In this document: positions 62,001-64,000 of the stretch, piece after piece
How the letters are laid out: the number at the start of each line of letters is the position of its first letter
Position numbering within the stretch: the first letter of the stretch is position 1
DNA from: Mytilus edulis
Taxonomy: Eukaryota
Reading direction: 5' to 3'
Assembly: GCF_963676685.1 (NCBI RefSeq)
Contig: NC_092357.1
Location: 7,378,001 to 7,442,000 of the forward strand
Length of the DNA: 64,000 nucleotides
Program-made: the position numbers and the translations under genes
Notes under the pieces: model-generated
Databases searched by the model: none
What the model was told of the DNA's origin: nothing
What the model saw: only the letters and a program-made list of their open reading frames with translations

Positions 62001-63474
62001 AAATTCTAAAATTACACAACTTTGTCATCCAGTTGAAGTTATCTTGGACCCTGTTTAAACAATGCACCATGCATGATACTTTTTAATGAGACCTGTTTAA
62101 ACTACCGTAAATACTTCAAACAAAATATTTTTTTACTTTAATTTTAATTTCGAAAAAAATGGATCATACTATATCAAAGTTTCTTGATGATCACTTTCTA
62201 AAGTTTTTTCTCCCTCAGCTCACTACTGAAGACCTCCATTTTTTCGGCCGGTGACCCAAAACAGGAAGTTGTATAAATGACTGTTTTCCCCGGAATGGAC
62301 TAAATAGCGATAAGGTGTATTATATCCAATACATGCAGTTAAGATACGTTGTTTTCTGAAAAGTAAACATAAAGAAATTAAAGAAATTATTCAAAAACTG
62401 TTTTTAAACTCATAATACGTTAAATGCAATAAGAAAAGGTTGGAAATTTTACTAATTAATCTCAATACATATATACACCGTCTCTATCTTTTATTGACAT
62501 GAATTTAACAAACAATATCAAATATCTGATGTCAACTGCATATTCCTTATTGGATCCCTTTTACATGTTATTTAAGTTTTGCTTCTTGTTAGGTCAAATG
62601 ATCATATCTTATAAGTTAATGGTAACTTCTTGGACTTTACTATTGTATCCGGTACATATTCTCTGTTGTATAAGTAAGCATCGTTACTTAAGTTTAAATA
62701 AAGTTATATTTAAAAGCAATAAAAACAAATTCTAGACAAAATTATTGTGATATAAAAGCGACCATTTGCCTTGCATATTATTTCGTACAGAGCAATATAT
62801 GGACAAAGTTGTAGAAGATTTATTTTCTTATATGGTTTCCAATTATAATTTAATTTCTGAATTTCAATTTCAGCAACTGTAACGTCAGGCGATAACTTGT
62901 GTGATGCATTCAACAAAATTAACAGCTGTCCTGATGACTATGGTTGTAGTATTAATGCTAGTACTGATGCCCCATACTGTGCGTAAGTATTATGGCTGAT
63001 ATCTGCAATGTATATTTCATTATTTTTAGTAGTTCTTTATTTTCCTTAATTTTTAGATATGCATGAACTAAATAATCTACATAAAAAAATTTACACGGAG
63101 ATGTGTTACCTTTGTAGAGGTAAAATCGCTTTAATTATTAAACTAGTAGAAAACACATCAAATTTGCAATTTAAATCTTAACGGTACTTAAAAATTTGCT
63201 ATCAGAATGGTTTTGAACCCGTGTATCAATCCGTGAGAAGCGGTACCAACCACGGAATAGTATTTTAAACATATGTTCATGGCGGTCTGTTCGTGTTTAT
63301 ACAATAACCTTTATCAGGAAGACCTGTAATAGAACTTTTTAAAATTTTTAAATAAAGAAAACATTTTGGAGAATAAAAACCAAAAAAGAAGTAGAAACAT
63401 CACATCAAAGTTTTTCGCCAGTCCTTTTAACAAGACTTTACTTTTATTTTTTAGACTACTGATAACCGAAACAG
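23041..63474 (+). CDS. ADAMTS/ADAM-like (M12B reprolysin) metalloprotease-mucin-SEA-EGF protein, at least 1735 aa, 3' end unresolved; exons 23041-23155, 36816-37024, 37830-37907, 38776-38923, 39628-39739, 41287-41380, 42106-42183, 42985-43139, 44256-44293, 45634-45739, 46300-46470, 47723-47867, 48700-48819, 51833-51884, 53233-53579, 54598-54714, 55978-56029, 57057-59642, 60407-60525, 60861-60931, 61781-61944, 62874-62982, 63455-63474
   Basis: All 22 junctions are GT-AG with matching phases and one continuous ORF. Signal peptide (MSKCRIIFFVWIFIIPVNC), RHKR furin site, and motifs ELLIVVD, HDHAMLFTRYDL, GLAYVGRVC, HELGHCLSAEHD, Met-turn YIMAS, FSTCS, AGQVFSADEQC and DGTLCGNKKWC..GVC. The first exon and the last micro-exon are the least certain. 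Confidence 0.88.
24040..25319. mobile_element. Foldback element with arms built from about 21-bp 'acacactgaga' repeats; 6-bp target duplication GTTTCT
   Basis: TIR 'tatggcaagccgttctcgtcaaaactatgtttaa' at both ends. 'acacactgag' arrays at 24090-24320 are mirrored by 'ctcagtgtg' arrays at 24897-25270. GTTTCT lies at 24034-24039 and 25320-25325. Confidence 0.9.
25493..26851 (+). CDS. Penelope-like reverse transcriptase (N-terminally truncated, otherwise open)
   Basis: Motifs YWLPKLHK..YRFI, SFDFSTLYT, GIPMGTNCAPLIADLFL, FRYLDD, PFLDL, TKIYDKRDDF and YGVYISQLVRFAR. Ends at TAA 26849-26851 with no GIY-YIG. The GTG start in the ORF track lies in the flanking MITE. Confidence 0.9.
   Translation, partial: LKVHKLLATSLQAEPNTLKVPTMYWLPKLHKKPYKYRFISSSSHCSTTKLSVLLTSTLGTIKNLIINCSNKAFENSGINYFWSVKNSLEVLDKLHAYIGDFESVQSFDFSTLYTTLPHILIKKKFTSLINWAFKKSECEYICSNSFRSFFSSNKQKNYVNWTCFDTIYALEFLLDNIFVRFGDSVYRQVIGIPMGTNCAPLIADLFLYCYELQFMTKISKDPSKQHLIQKFNNTFRYLDDILALNNDDFSMYTKEIYPVELTLNKANDNNDHCPFLDLDIYIINGKLNTKIYDKRDDFSFPIVNYPFLDGDVPLSPSYGVYISQLVRFARVCNNVLDFSERNLCITEKLLHQGFRYHKLVKTFTKFYHRYKEIIRKYNSTCRHLIRSGISHPKFYGNILYKAQKCQYSPQKLTKPLNRLIKSGYSYDTVVRSLKIAYFGFNIDSLIGSLHRN
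26892..26984 (+). promoter_or_regulatory. Type II SECIS (selenocysteine insertion) element in the retroelement 3' UTR
   Basis: Helix I 26892-26910 pairs with 26966-26984. AUGA at 26916-26919, 11-nt helix II strand, AAA at 26932-26934, mini-stem CCC-CUAAC-GGG, and 3' UGAU at 26958-26961. Confidence 0.75.
30923..31841 (-). mobile_element. 5'-truncated L2/CR1-type LINE (RT C-terminus plus 3' UTR), target duplication TAGCTA, inserted in a Penelope-derived repeat
   Basis: ORF 31096-31776 has KLLGLYIDKNLNW, ILPLFDYCCNIW, YNLRS and FTYSGSQIWNSLP..IK..FK. (TTTA)n tail on the minus strand at about 30923-30945. TAGCTA at 30917-30922 and 31842-31847. The host repeat continues on both sides (30755-30922, 31842-31886). 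Confidence 0.85.
33100..33325 (-). mobile_element. tRNA-derived SINE (V-domain-like core)
   Basis: Minus strand has A-box 'tggctgagtagtt', B-box 'gagttcgaattc', core 'ggtcggtaattttcaccgggcacttcggctttcc' and tail 'ttgaaagtggcgttaagcacc'. Related to 36546-36770. Confidence 0.6.
33292..34795 (+). repeat. Diverged local duplication of about 380 bp (33292-33667 and 34404-34795)
   Basis: Shared blocks 'tcgactactta', 'ctgtaaaca.tggg', 'atactgcctgctgaacag', 'ttgttttgaacttat', 'cacccttatt.acataa' and 'tgtatctaatt' occur in the same order. Confidence 0.8.
36546..36770 (+). mobile_element. tRNA-derived SINE (V-domain-like core)
   Basis: B-box-like 'gggttcgggtcc', core 'ggtcggtggttctccccggtactc...tcctccaccaataaaa' and tail 'tgaaagtgacgtaaaatacc'. 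Confidence 0.6.
40110..40447 (+). mobile_element. 3' UTR fragment of a second Penelope-like family (other copies at 30755-31886 split, 45940-46150 minus, 47281-47484, 56185-56597)
   Basis: Shared 'ggagcacctgagatcacccctagtt...ggtatctttcgtccctctttt'. The 56185 copy begins with a degenerate RT C-terminus (LKSSLRIFCGRHHEL..YGISV) homologous to KTFTKFYHRYKEI in the 25.5-kb RT. Confidence 0.7.
43378..43771 (-). mobile_element. 3'-terminal copy of the 25.5-kb Penelope-like family
   Basis: The reverse complement aligns with about 27099-27490. Confidence 0.85.
44380..45158. mobile_element. TA-flanked MITE
   Basis: TA|CTGTAAACAGGGAAATTTTCGCG ... CGCGAAAATTTCCCGGTTTACAG|TA. Confidence 0.85.
45634..46470 (+). 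CDS. Zinc-binding active-site exons (45634-45739, 46300-46470) of the metalloprotease
   Basis: The spliced sequence is VAAHELGHCLSAEHDGEGNAC...YIMAS...WIFSTCS, with a phase-2 intron right after the second His. Confidence 0.92.
48303..48679 (+). mobile_element. 3'-terminal copy of the 25.5-kb Penelope-like family, ending 20 bp before an exon
   Basis: Aligns with about 27098-27490 with an internal deletion. The exon acceptor AG is at 48698-48699. Confidence 0.85.
52934..53159. mobile_element. Foldback MITE of about 225 bp
   Basis: 'tttacagctaatttcctaatgc...aaaactttggttagcttgcttgct' is mirrored by 'agcaagcaagccaaacaaagtttt...gcattaggaaatcagctgtaaa'. Confidence 0.8.
54709..55095 (+). repeat. 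43-bp tandem repeat (about 9 copies) beginning at an exon donor site
   Basis: Unit 'caaaaaggtttgtcattatgatcatatcttagcacgttatagg'. AG|GT at 54714, 54757, 54800, 54843, 54886, 54929 and 54972. Confidence 0.95.
57057..59642 (+). CDS. 2586-bp exon: PLAC-like Cys domain followed by a Thr/Glu-rich mucin stalk of about 820 aa ((TTTVQPTTTEE)n-type)
   Basis: Open frame across the whole repeat. Acceptor ttttag at 57051-57056, donor GTAAGT at 59643, phase 1/1. Confidence 0.92.
60407..61944 (+). CDS. SEA-like domain exons (60407-60525, 60861-60931, 61781-61944)
   Basis: A beta-strand, then L.DTTTQGYRRL helix, then IVLISIRAG-SLIPEYEV, matching the SEA pattern with the G|S(V/L)(V/I) site. Lies directly after the mucin stalk. 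Confidence 0.75.
60929..61135 (+). repeat. 43-bp tandem repeat (5 copies) beginning at an exon donor site
   Basis: Unit 'aaggtaagaatatattacattagattgacgtatgcctagttct'. AG|GTAAGA at 60931, 60974, 61017, 61060 and 61103. Confidence 0.95.
62874..62982 (+). CDS. Cys-rich EGF-like exon after the SEA domain
   Basis: TVTSGDNLCDAFNKINSCPDDYGCSINASTDAPYCA. Acceptor tttcag, donor GTAAGT, phases 1/2 fit. Only 4 Cys, so it is a partial EGF-like module. Confidence 0.75.
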
Positions 63475-64000
63475 GTACGTTTTTTTAAAGAGAGAACCAT
63501 GAATCTGCATTAAGAAAGTTGAGCAAAATCTTACTCTGTGGTTATGGTTTTCCTCAATGTTGAACACTATACGGTTAATTATTATTGTTCACTTCTATGA
63601 CATTTGGTCGCTTATAAACAGTTGTTTGATTTAGTATAATATCACATCATCTTATGGTCAAATTACAATATATAAGAATATTCAAATAAGAGCTAGTGTT
63701 TCTTCTCTCTGCTCTATATGTGACTAACAAAAAGATGAAAAAGTGAGTTTCTTTTTTCAGTTTACACTATTTTGCTTTAAAACAATAGAAGAGTATAGTC
63801 ATACAGATAAAAAAGGGGAAAACATTATGTTGTGTATGTCATATTGTGTATTTGTTTTAAAAATGTGAATTCTTCCTCATATTTAACATGTTTAAAACTT
63901 GTTTTACTGGAGACTCGTCACAAAATATAAAATATTCAATACATAAAACATGATGTTAAAACCCATAGATAACTTTACTGGAATAATTTATCAAGAACTG

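Noticed and set aside
62219-62313. Possible extra exon (tccctcag acceptor, AAG|GTGT donor) between SEA and EGF
   Set aside because: The required phase-1 frame hits TGA after three codons, and 61944 joins 62874 in frame without it.

Overview
AT-rich, intron-rich eukaryotic DNA from an invertebrate, most likely a bivalve mollusc of the Mytilus type (inferred from the repeat families, not proven). Two spliced + strand genes can be built by hand with consistent GT-AG junctions and phases. (1) PPM1K/PP2Cm, a mitochondrial PP2C phosphatase: 4 coding exons, 6286-12103, 381 aa. (2) A gene of about 40 kb and at least 23 exons (23041 to at least 63474, probably continuing past the window) encoding at least 1735 aa: signal peptide, prodomain, furin site, M12B/ADAMTS-type zinc metalloprotease, two copies of [Cys-rich + PLAC-like + Thr-rich], a mucin stalk of about 820 aa, a SEA domain with a G|SLI autoproteolysis motif, and an EGF-like domain. 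This is an ADAMTS-like head on a membrane-mucin-like tail. Introns and intergenic DNA are full of MITEs, HINE/Helentron-like elements, SINEs, an L2/CR1 fragment and Penelope-like elements. Strongest observations: a Penelope-like (Naiad-type) RT element with a well-formed SECIS hairpin directly after its stop codon; four independent tandem arrays that each copy a splice site or the stop codon of a host exon; a minimal hammerhead ribozyme inside a direct-repeat unit; and a three-level transposon nest in intron 1 of the protease gene. Everything was read manually and no searches were run.
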